IMG/VR virus record: IMGVR_UViG_3300008516_000159
Direction: 5' to 3' (one strand)
Source of the DNA: a virus
Length of the DNA stretch: 64,000 nucleotides
Of this stretch, positions 1 to 9,296 are shown in pieces. Both the position numbers and the translations under genes were made by a program. The first letter of the stretch is position 1. Each line of letters begins with the position of its first letter. The notes below the pieces were generated by a model. The model was not told the DNA's origin. It was given only the letters and a program-made list of their open reading frames with translations, and ran no database searches.

Positions 1-233
1 TCGGCTTTTCTTAATCCACAAGCGCCATAAGCATACTGTATAACCTCTATTGTGGTGCGACCGCGGTCCCGAAAATAGCCATCGACAGGGTCTTGACCAA
101 AAAATATTACCGATACCTTTAGATTATCACTATCCCAATCGTCTCTCTCGATGTCCACTCCATCAAGTCGAAATACTTGCCTAGCGCCGTCTGCCACTCG
201 ATAGGAATAAAACTTTCCCGCTTTGAGTCGCAT
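1..233 (-). CDS. Hypothetical protein, partial (runs off window start)
   Basis: Manual translation from ATG at 233: MRLKAGKFYSYRVADG...YGACGLRKA, open to position 1; N-terminus resembles the G-K-Y-Y starts of ORFs 52011 and 58294. Confidence 0.5.
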   Translation of the reverse strand, partial: MRLKAGKFYSYRVADGARQVFRLDGVDIERDDWDSDNLKVSVIFFGQDPVDGYFRDRGRTTIEVIQYAYGACGLRKA

Positions 234-650
234 ACGTTTCAATTCTTCCACATAAGAGTCGCGACGACGCTCGGCCTCTTTTTGTTCTGTAACGCTAGGA
301 TCCGGATCTATCATTTTACAGAGAGTTTCTCATCAGGCTTACAAAAACAGATTTAGCTTTGCGGGGTTTAGGTCCGAGTATAGTCCAGCTTTTCAAGTAC
401 ATATCTATCAGCAAATCACCGGTTTTCCCCATTGAATTAATAACCTGACTGAAGGAGCATGAATTAGTTTTGGCCTGTGTCATAACCTTTTTAAGCTCCC
501 CAATGTCGACCTTATTCTGCCTCTTGCTCCACTTCTTTATGAGCGATCTGATTTCTTTCGAAATCTCAATCTTTCGTTCATGCATGTTTTCCATTGCTCT
601 TCTTTCGTACTGCGAAATCCAATATCTCATTTTCTTACCCTCCTGTATAT

Positions 651-679
651 ATTATAATACAGAAGGGGTATATTGTAAA
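651..679 (-). promoter_or_regulatory. Sigma70-type promoter
   Basis: TTTACA-N17-TATAAT upstream of ORF 316..630. Confidence 0.7.
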
Positions 680-680
680 G

Positions 681-1670
681 TTATTCCTTTATGACTTTCT
701 TCAGTGCTTCAAAATATTCTTTATTTAGATATCCCTTTTTGACTTCTTCTTCCATGATTTCAAAAGCTTCCTCTGGCTTGTTTTTTTGTCGGTAGCTTCT
801 ATCGGTCGTAAGAGCGTCATACACATCTGCAACAGCAGCAATTTGGGCTATCAGAGGCATTTCTGCTTTTGATAAGTGGTCCGGATAACCGCTGCCATCC
901 AATCTCTCATGATGATTTCTGATAACAGGCAAGGCGGCTTTTAGGTTTGTCAGATCCTTGCAGATTTCATAGCCCTTGATTGTATGCTGTTTCACAATGT
1001 CATATTCCTTGATGTTCAACGGGCTATTTCTGGATTTTAGAATACGATCGGGAATACCTATTTTACCTATGTCGTGCAATAAACACCCTACGTATAGAGC
1101 GTTTCGATTTTCACCATTCTCTATTTTAACGTTGTCAAAGATCTTAAGACTATACTGACCGACTCTTGTTGAATGACCTTCGGTGTATTTGTCTCTGGCC
1201 TCAACTGCTCGGTTGAGAGCAGTAATCATATCTTCGGCGTTAACAAGATCTTTGCGCGCCTTGCTCAATGATAACAAGTTCCTGCTCAATGTGAGAAACT
1301 CTGTTATCTCCAAAGGCTTTAATAGAAACACATTTACGCCGGCCTCTAATGCCGCTTCTTTGACGCTGTCCGCATGACCTGTGATCATCAAGATCGGAAG
1401 CCAGCTGTTTTGCCTTTTGATCTCCGCTGTCAAATCTATACCGGATCCATTCAGAAGCTTATAGTCTACTATCGCCAGATCCAAATCTATTTTTTGGATC
1501 AGCTCTTGAGCTTCCTTGTAAGTTCCGGTCTGATAAATCTTTACGTCATCATCTAAAAACGATTCCAGACTGTTGACGATCACATCCAACGTAGGAGGGT
1601 GATCATCAACAACCAATATATTATACACTTGCCTACCTAACCAAATGGGGCGATTGCGATGTGTATCCAT
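681..1670 (-). CDS. Response regulator receiver + HD-GYP cyclic dinucleotide phosphodiesterase (RpfG-like)
   Basis: REC motifs ILVVDD, AIVDY, MITG, FLLKP; HD-GYP motifs HSTRV, LHDIGK, HHERLDGSGYP. Confidence 0.92.
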   Translation of the reverse strand: MDTHRNRPIWLGRQVYNILVVDDHPPTLDVIVNSLESFLDDDVKIYQTGTYKEAQELIQKIDLDLAIVDYKLLNGSGIDLTAEIKRQNSWLPILMITGHADSVKEAALEAGVNVFLLKPLEITEFLTLSRNLLSLSKARKDLVNAEDMITALNRAVEARDKYTEGHSTRVGQYSLKIFDNVKIENGENRNALYVGCLLHDIGKIGIPDRILKSRNSPLNIKEYDIVKQHTIKGYEICKDLTNLKAALPVIRNHHERLDGSGYPDHLSKAEMPLIAQIAAVADVYDALTTDRSYRQKNKPEEAFEIMEEEVKKGYLNKEYFEALKKVIKE

Positions 1671-1712
1671 TCACCCTCCCTATTTAGATTTTCACTCGTC
1701 AAGAAAAGAAGC

Positions 1713-2510
1713 TTAGCTTTTATCTTCTTCCTTGTCTTTCGCTTGCCACTTGTCGATATCATCCAGCTTCTTTTGGGTCTCGTCCCAATCAACCAGCGCG
1801 GGGTTCTTTACTGGTTCGGAGCCGCTATAAAAAGACGCTGTACCAGTTCCGCCGCTTCTGCGCATGCTGTAGTACTTACCAAGAGCTTGATTGTGTGCTA
1901 CCGTCATACTTTTAACACCAGCGTTTGTTCCACGCCAGCTCAAAGTGTTACCGACAGACACAGAAAGATCATTAACAGCTGTGCTCATGACATCCTGATT
2001 GGCACCCAAGTATGTGAATGTCCACCGGCCGGTTCCTTCGAGGTCTTCTATTTTAGACTTGAGTTTTTTGCGACCTTCTTCACCAGCATAATCACTTGAG
2101 CTGTTTTCCCAGCCATCGGTAATGATGGTAAACAGCACAGCCACATCCGGATCGTGTATGTCAGGAATGTCTTTCATAAATTTTTCGATTGTAAAGCCAA
2201 TCGCATCGTAGAGGGCTGTCATGCCATCTGGCCTGTAGTCGTCTACACCCAACTCCTCTACATCGTTGACATCTTCGTTGAAAATCGCGGTATCGATTTT
2301 CTCGTTGAAAGTAACAAATGTAAGTTTTGTTTCAAGGCCTGATGTCGGTTGACCTTGAAGCAACTTTTTAGCCACGTTACTAGGCTTGTTGGATTCTTCC
2401 TTGAGAACCTGCAGCTGCTCATTAAAGTTATTACGAGCTTCGTCTTTAATGCTGCACATGCTGCCGCTTCTGTCAAGAATAACCGCAACGTAAGTCTTTA
2501 GTGTTGTCAT
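1713..2510 (-). CDS. von Willebrand factor A domain protein
   Basis: MIDAS motif DRSGSM, GMTALYDAIG, IITDGWENSS. Confidence 0.85.
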   Translation of the reverse strand: MTTLKTYVAVILDRSGSMCSIKDEARNNFNEQLQVLKEESNKPSNVAKKLLQGQPTSGLETKLTFVTFNEKIDTAIFNEDVNDVEELGVDDYRPDGMTALYDAIGFTIEKFMKDIPDIHDPDVAVLFTIITDGWENSSSDYAGEEGRKKLKSKIEDLEGTGRWTFTYLGANQDVMSTAVNDLSVSVGNTLSWRGTNAGVKSMTVAHNQALGKYYSMRRSGGTGTASFYSGSEPVKNPALVDWDETQKKLDDIDKWQAKDKEEDKS

Positions 2511-2530
2511 TCTTTACTCCTTGTTATTTT

Positions 2531-2604
2531 TACCACCGCCGGGATTCGAACCCAGAACATCTCGCTTTTGAGGCGAGCGCCTCTACCAGTTGCGCTACGG
2601 TGGC
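2531..2604 (-). tRNA. tRNA-Leu(CAA), short variable loop
   Basis: Cloverleaf; anticodon arm CTCGC-CTCAAAA-GCGAG; T loop TTCGAAT. Confidence 0.9.
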
Positions 2605-2616
2605 TCGTAATATTAT

Positions 2617-2805
2617 CTATGTGTCAAAGCGCCTCCAACGCGAGCAACCCTCACTGTTAGGCGCTGTAGAGATTGCATAGTAGAAACAATGATACTCATC
2701 TTGATCATCATTTTTATAAAAGCAGTTGCTGCAGGTTTGATTTCCTAAAAGCAATTGCTTTGCAATCTTCTTCTTCATCGATGTGCTTATTTCGTATCTA
2801 TGCAT
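2617..2805 (-). CDS. AKxLL-CxxC microprotein
   Basis: KKKIAKQLLLGNQTCSNC...C...CSRW. Confidence 0.7.
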   Translation of the reverse strand: MHRYEISTSMKKKIAKQLLLGNQTCSNCFYKNDDQDEYHCFYYAISTAPNSEGCSRWRRFDT

Positions 2806-3368
2806 TCAACAACCCTTGCGTTGAAATTCAGAAACTCTAACCAACCAAACCTTTCTGCCTTGTCTCTGGAAATAACCAGGAACGGCATATATTTGGGCTC
2901 AAATGGCTTCTTGATTAAATGCATGTGAGCTTCCTTTAAGAGCTTGTTGCCCTTTTTGCGGTTACACTTCTTACATGCGGCAACCTGATTCTCCCATGCG
3001 TTAACGTGCGCAGGCCTTATTTTTGGCGATATTTCGTGCCAACGAGAAACAGGAATGACGTGGTCAACCGTTAACTCGTTGATTTGATAACGCTCGCCAC
3101 AGTACATACACTTCATATCATCACGATATATGATGTTTAGACGCGAGTAAACGACCTTGCGCTTTGGAATCTTGTTGAAGTCAAGCAACATGATTACGCG
3201 TGGCAAAGGTATCGACAGATACTGTGACCTGATAGGCTGGGCTTCATCTTCGCGTATTGCGCGCGACTTGCCCAATACCAACGAACAAACGGCTTCCCTG
3301 ACATTACAAACGTCAACCGGAACCATTCCACTGTTCAATGTTAAAACCGGTGCATATAGATTAACCAT
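2787..3368 (-). CDS. HNH endonuclease (McrA-like)
   Basis: CMYCG, LTVDHVIP, NQVAACKKCNRKKGN. Confidence 0.9.
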   Translation of the reverse strand: MVNLYAPVLTLNSGMVPVDVCNVREAVCSLVLGKSRAIREDEAQPIRSQYLSIPLPRVIMLLDFNKIPKRKVVYSRLNIIYRDDMKCMYCGERYQINELTVDHVIPVSRWHEISPKIRPAHVNAWENQVAACKKCNRKKGNKLLKEAHMHLIKKPFEPKYMPFLVISRDKAERFGWLEFLNFNARVVECIDTK

Positions 3369-3381
3369 TTACGCCTCCTAT

Positions 3382-3456
3382 TGGGCGGGGAGGGATTCGA
3401 ACCCTCAACATCCAGATTTTAAATCTGGCGCCTCTACCAAGTTGCGCTACTCGCCC
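3382..3456 (-). tRNA. tRNA-Leu(UAA), short variable loop
   Basis: CCAGA-TTTAAAA-TCTGG anticodon arm; full cloverleaf. Confidence 0.9.
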
Positions 3457-3666
3457 CTGTTCTTGTCTATCATATGATTCTTAAGGCGGCCGCCACTATT
3501 GCCGCCACAATCCACACTGCGATTAGTATAAAAAACATGATCTTCGCATTTTTTGGCTGGTTATAGTTTTCCTCTCCTTTTTTGAATTTCTTCACTTTAA
3601 AATCCCACCAGCTTTCCCAAACGTGCCATTTTCTCACAATACCCCCTCCTCATTACATTATCTTTG

Positions 3667-3743
3667 TACCCCGGGGAGGACTCGAACCTCCAGACAACCC
3701 ACGTTCTGAACGTAGTGGCTATACCCGATTCGCCTACCGGGGC
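3667..3743 (-). tRNA. tRNA-Leu(CAG)
   Basis: CTACG-TTCAGAA-CGTGG anticodon arm. Confidence 0.88.
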
Positions 3744-3748
3744 TAGTG

Positions 3749-3823
3749 TGCCCGCGAGAGGATTCGAACCTCCAACATCACGGTCCTAAGCCGTGCGCCT
3801 CTGCCAGGTTGCGCTACGCGGGC
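3749..3823 (-). tRNA. tRNA-Leu(UAG)
   Basis: CACGG-CTTAGGA-CCGTG anticodon arm. Confidence 0.9.
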
Positions 3824-4182
3824 TAATCTTTCAATATAAGCTTCGCAACTTCTTTACGATGCTCAGGAAGCACTTCTAAATCAGCGAAAGCTTTGATTAA
3901 TGTGTATATCCCCCTTGGTGTTATTTTCCACCAATTAGAGAGATAGTACGTTGCCCCTCCTCTAACCGAAGCATTTACTGGTCTGTGTTTTGTTATCTTC
4001 AATACCTTTTTCTTCTTCATTTCGTACAAATAACATCTGGTTTTAGAAGAACTATACGCCACACCTTCAAACAGAAAACAAGCCTGTGCCGTACGAAAGG
4101 TTTCTATTCCGAATTCCCCATACACTTCGCGCAAGCGCTCCATGTATTTGTATATTTCAACCCCATCTTTGTTTATAAACAC
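3823..4182 (-). CDS. Hypothetical protein with C-terminal AKxLL-like motif
   Basis: Ends RKEVAKLILKD; G of the TAG stop is tRNA nucleotide 1. Confidence 0.65.
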   Translation of the reverse strand: MFINKDGVEIYKYMERLREVYGEFGIETFRTAQACFLFEGVAYSSSKTRCYLYEMKKKKVLKITKHRPVNASVRGGATYYLSNWWKITPRGIYTLIKAFADLEVLPEHRKEVAKLILKD

Positions 4183-4375
4183 GGCCGTACTTTCTCCTCG
4201 CAGCCTCTTCGCATCTATCTAATATGTGCCTTTTGAGCTTATCGGCGGTTACACTTAAAGACGAAACTGCAACTGCGGCCGCAGCCGCCTTGTAACCTGC
4301 CTCATAAGCGTCACTTACTAATTCAGCATAACGCTCAGCGGTAATCGTGATAGTTATTGCCATGTTTTCTCCAAT

Positions 4376-4448
4376 CGTGCCGAGCGGGTTTCGAACCCAC
4401 GACCTATGGCTCCGCAGGCCATCGCTCTGTCCCCTGAGCTACCGGCAC
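4376..4448 (-). tRNA. tRNA-Arg(GCG)
   Basis: ATGGC-CTGCGGA-GCCAT anticodon arm. Confidence 0.9.
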
Positions 4449-4449
4449 T

Positions 4450-4761
4450 TTAGACCTTATCAACCGCATCGGCGATTTTTTTATAATATTCCTGCATCTT
4501 TTCAAAAGATTCCTTGTCTAGATACTGACAGCTTAGAAAAGTCGGCATTCCGTTTATTGCCACAGGGCACGCCTTGTTTATGTATTCAAAGATCAAGAAA
4601 GGCTTATTTTTGTTAAATTGTTTTCGAGCCTTTTTGTCCATAAAAGCAAGAGGCATGAATATGTGATCTATGAAAGATTTATTCTCGCACTGCTTGTCGG
4701 TGAAAACCTCGCCCGAATAAATGTCAAGAGCGAGCTGTTTTAGTTCCTCGTTGCTTCTCAT
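4450..4761 (-). CDS. Hypothetical phage protein
   Basis: 103-aa ORF packed between adjacent genes. Confidence 0.6.
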   Translation of the reverse strand: MRSNEELKQLALDIYSGEVFTDKQCENKSFIDHIFMPLAFMDKKARKQFNKNKPFLIFEYINKACPVAINGMPTFLSCQYLDKESFEKMQEYYKKIADAVDKV

Positions 4762-4955
4762 TTTCTCACCTCTATTTGTTGATCTCTTTTATAAGAGACA
4801 CAACCTTTAAATCGATCTACATTAATTTTTAGGCCGCCTGCATTATTTATTGTACACCAGTTCGCGAACGCCGCGTAATATTTGCAAGTTGAACAGACAG
4901 AATGAACACTGTCACTTACCAATAAACGTTTGGCTTCTTGAGCTTTATGATTCAA
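4758..4955 (-). CDS. AKxLL-CxxC microprotein
   Basis: Probable TTG start at 4955 (the longer ORF overlaps a tRNA); KAQEAKRLL...CSTC...C...C. Confidence 0.65.
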   Translation of the reverse strand: MNHKAQEAKRLLVSDSVHSVCSTCKYYAAFANWCTINNAGGLKINVDRFKGCVSYKRDQQIEVRK

Positions 4956-4967
4956 TTTAATTCCTTT

Positions 4968-5041
4968 TGGGCCAGGAGGGAATCGAACCCCCAACTCCTT
5001 GATTAAAAGTCAAGTACGCTGCCTAGTTGCGTCACTGACCC
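4968..5041 (-). tRNA. tRNA-Lys(UUU)
   Basis: CTTGA-CTTTTAA-TCAAG anticodon arm. Confidence 0.9.
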
Positions 5042-5505
5042 GCTACTACTTACTTCTTCTTGGCTATGTCTTGCATTATCAAACCTACAAGCTTGTGTAT
5101 CCCGTCGTCACGATTATGATACGTATGTCCCTTTGTTGCTTGTTTGTCTTGTCTATCATACCTAACATAATCATATCCGCACAGGTTGTCCTCAATAGTT
5201 AGCACATTTGTACAATCTATAAGCTCGATCAAAGTGCCGTTTACTTCTATTTTTATCGTCATCATTTTTCATTCTTCCTTTGAGAATAGTGCTTCCAATC
5301 TGTTCTGTACACCCTGCGCTTCATCAAAGGTGACACAGTTGAGCATATATGTATCGTGCTCAGCTTGAGCCTTGTAGAACCTTAGTTTTTTACCGAACGT
5401 TTTTTCAATTGCTTCTTCGTTCAACACCGTGTTCATGGGAACCTGTAAAAACACGGTGTTTGTTTTTAGTGATATAAATATTCGCTTTTCCATGCTATTA
5501 TCTAT

Positions 5506-5625
5506 GTCTCAAGCTCTCTCCGGGCACTGCGGTTAGATGTCTCCAATTTAGCTATACCGCACCTCGATCGTGGAGACCGGTTCACGTAAAGAGGTGAGAC
5601 ACGGCGCCCGGACAGAGCTCGAAAC
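5506..5625 (-). ncRNA. Candidate ~120-nt structured RNA, unknown family
   Basis: Long closing stem GAGCTCT-G-TCCGGGCGC / GTGCCCGGA-GAGAGCTT; internal CACCTC/GAGGTG and CGTG/CACG; directly 3' of tRNA-Tyr. Confidence 0.55.
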
Positions 5626-5629
5626 CATG

Positions 5630-5711
5630 TGGGCCGGGGAGGACTCGAACCTCCGAAGTCCGAAGACGTGTGGTTTACAGCCACGTGGAATTGCCACTAT
5701 CCGACCGACCC
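5630..5711 (-). tRNA. tRNA-Tyr(GUA)
   Basis: Loop CTGTAAA; long variable arm. Confidence 0.9.
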
Positions 5712-5861
5712 TTTTGTTTCTTTTACAACTATCGCATAACATTTATCACAAAGACCGTGAGAAATAACCGGTTCCTTGTATTTAGGATTATCCGGCCATT
5801 CTTCTTCGCGGATGTCTTTACCGCATTTACTACACCGTATTATTGCCTTCATATATTATAT

Positions 5862-5890
5862 ATTATAACCTATTTCTAAAGAATTGTAAA
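5862..5890 (-). promoter_or_regulatory. Sigma70-type promoter
   Basis: TTTACA-N17-TATAAT. Confidence 0.7.
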
Positions 5891-5898
5891 GCTAAAGC

Positions 5899-5924
5899 AA
5901 AAAAAAACTTCCCCGCAGGGAAGT
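5899..5924 (-). terminator. Intrinsic terminator
   Basis: ACTTCCC-TGCG-GGGAAGT followed by a T run. Confidence 0.75.
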
Positions 5925-6050
5925 CTGTTAATCTGATCTCAGGTCCCTGTGGTTATGGCGTAATCCTGGCGAGTAGTAAATACAAATCGCCATAACGTTT
6001 ACACAGGTAATGTCTCATTTCTTTTTCCTCTCGTATATGTATGTCTTATC

Positions 6051-6269
6051 TTAAGACATATTCACATAATGCTTGTATTTCGGAGGATGTTTTTTCTCCC
6101 AATCGAGGCAGCCAAATTTATCAGGTAGATCTATGATTTTAAAGCTATATAGACCGCACACAGGCTCATCTATATACTTTTGGCGTTCGCTACTTCTTAT
6201 GAACCAGTGACAGTCTACACAGACGTTACCGATCAGAAGTTGTTTGGCTTTTTCTGTTTTCGTTGTCAT
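6051..6269 (-). CDS. AKxLL-CxxC microprotein
   Basis: MTTKTEKAKQLLIGNVCVDC...C...CLDW. Confidence 0.7.
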   Translation of the reverse strand: MTTKTEKAKQLLIGNVCVDCHWFIRSSERQKYIDEPVCGLYSFKIIDLPDKFGCLDWEKKHPPKYKHYVNMS

Positions 6270-6412
6270 CACAATACGATGGTTCATAATATTTGCAAGC
6301 TGGAACAGTCTCTGGATCATATATGATCCCACCATCAACTTCACATAAGTGAAAATGATGTGGTGTTCCTGCGCATTTTAGACAAGTTATGCACGTCTTT
6401 TTATCGTTCATT

Positions 6413-6486
6413 TGAGCGATAGTGGGTTCGAACCACTGACCTCTTGGACGTCGACCAAGCGCTCATACCAACTGAGCTAATCGCCC
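6413..6486 (-). tRNA. tRNA-Val(GAC), C at position 33
   Basis: CTTGG-TCGACGT-CCAAG. Confidence 0.88.
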
Positions 6487-6821
6487 TGTTCCTCCACTTT
6501 AGCATCATACTCAGAAAGATTACTAATCACATCGGCTTTTTCCTGCATTTCTCTATTGTCTAATTGAAAAATCAAGTTAACACATACGCACGCCATTTGC
6601 AAAAGCCGTTTTTTCAATTCAATTTTAAAATATGGATTTGATACATCCAACTTATCAATTTTCGCAAGACGCTTTCGTAACATTCTACGAAACTCTTCTA
6701 TTCCTGCATCTTTGTTTAGGTCGCTCCACAAAAACTCTTGAATCTTTCTGGCGGCTATCATGACATCCACCATGATTTTTTCTTCATCAGATAATCTTTT
6801 AGAATCCATGTTATCCTCGTG

Positions 6822-6894
6822 TGCGGAGTGAGGGAGTCGAACCCCCGACTTTCTGAATGTAAGTCAGACGCGCTACCAGCTGCGCTAACCCCGC
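6822..6894 (-). tRNA. tRNA-Val(UAC)
   Basis: TCTGA-CTTACAT-TCAGA. Confidence 0.9.
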
Positions 6895-7007
6895 TAAAGA
6901 ACTCTGGTGAAATTTCCTACCAAAAGCATATCTCTCTTTTTGCTTAGCAGGCGGATCAGAGAGCCATTTCTTTTTTCACACGCCGTCTCGCTATTACAGA
7001 GTTCGTG

Positions 7008-7080
7008 TCCCCCGGGACAGTATCGAACTGCCTACGCTCTGGCCTTCAACCAGACGCTCTACCTATTGAGCTACCGAGGG
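7008..7080 (-). tRNA. tRNA-Phe(GAA)
   Basis: TCTGG-TTGAAGG-CCAGA. Confidence 0.9.
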
Positions 7081-7105
7081 TTAATCAAATCATGATATGT
7101 CTTGC

Positions 7106-7318
7106 TCAACGAGGCCGCCGCGCGTCGTTAAGCTCAACAGCACGCCAACGAGTAATCTTTCGCCAATGCTCACATGTTCTCACTAGTGGCAATCTTAGGT
7201 TTTTTGACTCAGGCCTAAACCTATAACATTTTCCCGTAGCATCAAACCAATAACAATTTTCACAAACCTTACCGATTAATAAGCTTTTAGCTCTTATCGC
7301 TTTATGAATTTTTCGCAT
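7106..7318 (-). CDS. AKxLL-CxxC microprotein
   Basis: KAIRAKSLLIGKVCENC...C...CEHW. Confidence 0.7.
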   Translation of the reverse strand: MRKIHKAIRAKSLLIGKVCENCYWFDATGKCYRFRPESKNLRLPLVRTCEHWRKITRWRAVELNDARRPR

Positions 7319-7512
7319 GTTCTTGTCAATGGCGTCATAACCTTAAGATTGTGACATTCTCCATCTAAGATTTTCAGCTTGCAACCGAAAGCCCTAATCA
7401 TTTCTTCTGCATCTGGCAATGTCTCAAATATCAACTGCTTCGGAAACACGCAGTTGTTGCATGTTTTGTCCGTCAAAATGGCCATGGCTGTTTGTTTTTT
7501 ATCTAACTTCAT
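7294..7512 (-). CDS. AKxLL-like CxxC microprotein (variant)
   Basis: KKQTAMAILTDKTCNNC...CEKF; start trimmed to avoid the tRNA. Confidence 0.6.
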   Translation of the reverse strand: MKLDKKQTAMAILTDKTCNNCVFPKQLIFETLPDAEEMIRAFGCKLKILDGECHNLKVMTPLTRTCEKFIKR

Positions 7513-7527
7513 TTCTATGTAAATCAT

Positions 7528-7599
7528 TAGGCCCTGAGGGAATTGAACCCCCGGCACCTAGATTAAGAGTCTAGTGTTCTTCCGCTGAACTAAGGGCCC
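7528..7599 (-). tRNA. tRNA-Lys(CUU)
   Basis: CTAGA-CTCTTAA-TCTAG. Confidence 0.9.
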
Positions 7600-8024
7600 G
7601 GTATAACTGAGTAATCTTCAGCCAAATGAACTCTCTGTTGTTGATTGTTCTTAGCTGGTTCTACTCTTAATGATATATTATCACCAGAAAAATCTACTAT
7701 AGGTATAAAATATAACCTTTTATTATTTGGACAATAAACGACAACCAAATCAATTTCATCTTTTCTGGCTGGTCTCCTCCGCTTTCCTTGGTAAGGTCCT
7801 GAACTACTTATATCAACAAGCAACGCTCCATTGGTTTTTTTCCCTTCGCGAATAGAAATATATTTTACTTGGACTCTTAAACACTTTCCGTTCTTATACG
7901 CAATAAAGTCAAATGGCAAATGCTCGCTTATTGTTGTAAAAATATAGTATCCACTTTCCGCAAAAGACAATTGAGCTTTGTAGACGGCCAAATCTCCTTT
8001 ATCTGCAGTAGGGTGTTTATTCAT
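7590..8024 (-). CDS. PD-(D/E)XK endonuclease (group I intron-associated-type, free-standing)
   Basis: KGDLA, PFDFIA, RVQVK; stop codon lies inside tRNA-Lys. Confidence 0.85.
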   Translation of the reverse strand: MNKHPTADKGDLAVYKAQLSFAESGYYIFTTISEHLPFDFIAYKNGKCLRVQVKYISIREGKKTNGALLVDISSSGPYQGKRRRPARKDEIDLVVVYCPNNKRLYFIPIVDFSGDNISLRVEPAKNNQQQRVHLAEDYSVIPGP

Positions 8025-8218
8025 TAAGAGCCCCTATTTTCAAAACGCTCACAATACTTTGGCATTTCGATTATTTCGCCAGTCTTGTCACAATAATATT
8101 TATTTAAAGCAAATGATACATTTCTCCATATGCAAGACTCGCAGTTTTCATTCTTGAGAATATGTTTTGCAACTTTAGACTTGTTCACTTTTACCTGTCC
8201 AAAATTCACACGTGCCAA
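8024..8218 (-). CDS. AKxLL-CxxC microprotein
   Basis: KSKVAKHILKNENCESC...CERF. Confidence 0.7.
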   Translation of the reverse strand: MARVNFGQVKVNKSKVAKHILKNENCESCIWRNVSFALNKYYCDKTGEIIEMPKYCERFENRGS

Positions 8219-8390
8219 ATGTAGGCCTCTGCTTCATATCGTGAGTGTGATTTTTTTCCGGCCAAGCGTAATGAGACTGATCTCTACACCAGCTTTTAAA
8301 AGAGATGCCTTCGTAGTCAAGACATTCCTGGCATTTATGGCCAGTTAATAAATGTTTGGCTATTTTTGCTATTTTTTTAATTGCTATCAC
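8175..8390 (-). CDS. AKxLL-CxxC microprotein
   Basis: KIAKIAKHLLTGHKCQEC...CEFW. Confidence 0.7.
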   Translation of the reverse strand: MIAIKKIAKIAKHLLTGHKCQECLDYEGISFKSWCRDQSHYAWPEKNHTHDMKQRPTFGTCEFWTGKSEQV

Positions 8391-8406
8391 CTCTCTAAAT
8401 AATATG

Positions 8407-8479
8407 TGTGCACGGCTGGACTTGAACCAGCTGCCTCAGAGTTATCAGCTCTGTGCTCTACCAGCTGAGCTACGCGCAC
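8407..8479 (-). tRNA. tRNA-Ile(GAU)
   Basis: CAGAG-CTGATAA-CTCTG. Confidence 0.92.
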
Positions 8480-8830
8480 TTATTTCTCTCTAATAGCTTT
8501 CTGCCAAACAATACCGACGAAAATAATAATCGTACCGGCACTAATCAAAATCCAACTTTGTAGTACTTGACTCATTCTTTTTTCCCTGCTAAAACTATTC
8601 TCAAATCTTGCTCAATCATACCGTAAAGCTCATCAATTAATATTTCTCCGAGTTCTCCATATTTCTTTTCCAACTCAGCAACGCCAAGCTCGTTTTCATC
8701 GAGACGCATTGAAGGCTGGTCATCTATAACCAGACATCCCTCTTTGATCTCAAACTTGTATCCTGGAAAATCTTGTTTGAGCCGCGTCAAAATTTCTGCA
8801 TTAAAATCCATATATTATTCCTTTCACCCG

Positions 8831-9277
8831 CTAGGACACTGGTGTGAATCTCCCCTGTTTACTTAGATCCCTCCTTTCATAAGCCCATTTGGAGCGACAG
8901 GATTTCGAACAAAACGTGTTTGTAATTCCTCTTTTCATCCTCTTGCGATGATCTCGCTCTAATCTTTCAAACCGCATGCCGCATTCGTTGCACACGAGAG
9001 TGATTTGTGGAGATTTTCGCGGCCGAGGACGGTTGCGCTTTCTGTGGCTAAAAGCGATATTATCCAAATCAAAGAAAAGTTCGATTGGATCCTTGCTGTG
9101 TAGCCACGGCACCTTATGTTCTATACTCAACTCATCGGCGCCTTCAATCCTCTTTCCGCATCGAAAACAAACATCTTCTCCCAAACGTCGAACCATATTG
9201 AACAACAACATTTTTTTCAGTTTGGAGGCGGCAGTTGTGTGGCTCACACCCAACTGTTCTTTTTTGGAGTCACTCAT
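8831..9277 (-). CDS. HNH endonuclease with C-terminal zinc finger
   Basis: CFRCG, LSIEHK, NIAFSH; CNECG...FCSKSC. Confidence 0.8.
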   Translation of the reverse strand: MSDSKKEQLGVSHTTAASKLKKMLLFNMVRRLGEDVCFRCGKRIEGADELSIEHKVPWLHSKDPIELFFDLDNIAFSHRKRNRPRPRKSPQITLVCNECGMRFERLERDHRKRMKRGITNTFCSKSCRSKWAYERRDLSKQGRFTPVS

Positions 9278-9296
9278 TTTAAGCCTTTTTTAAAAG

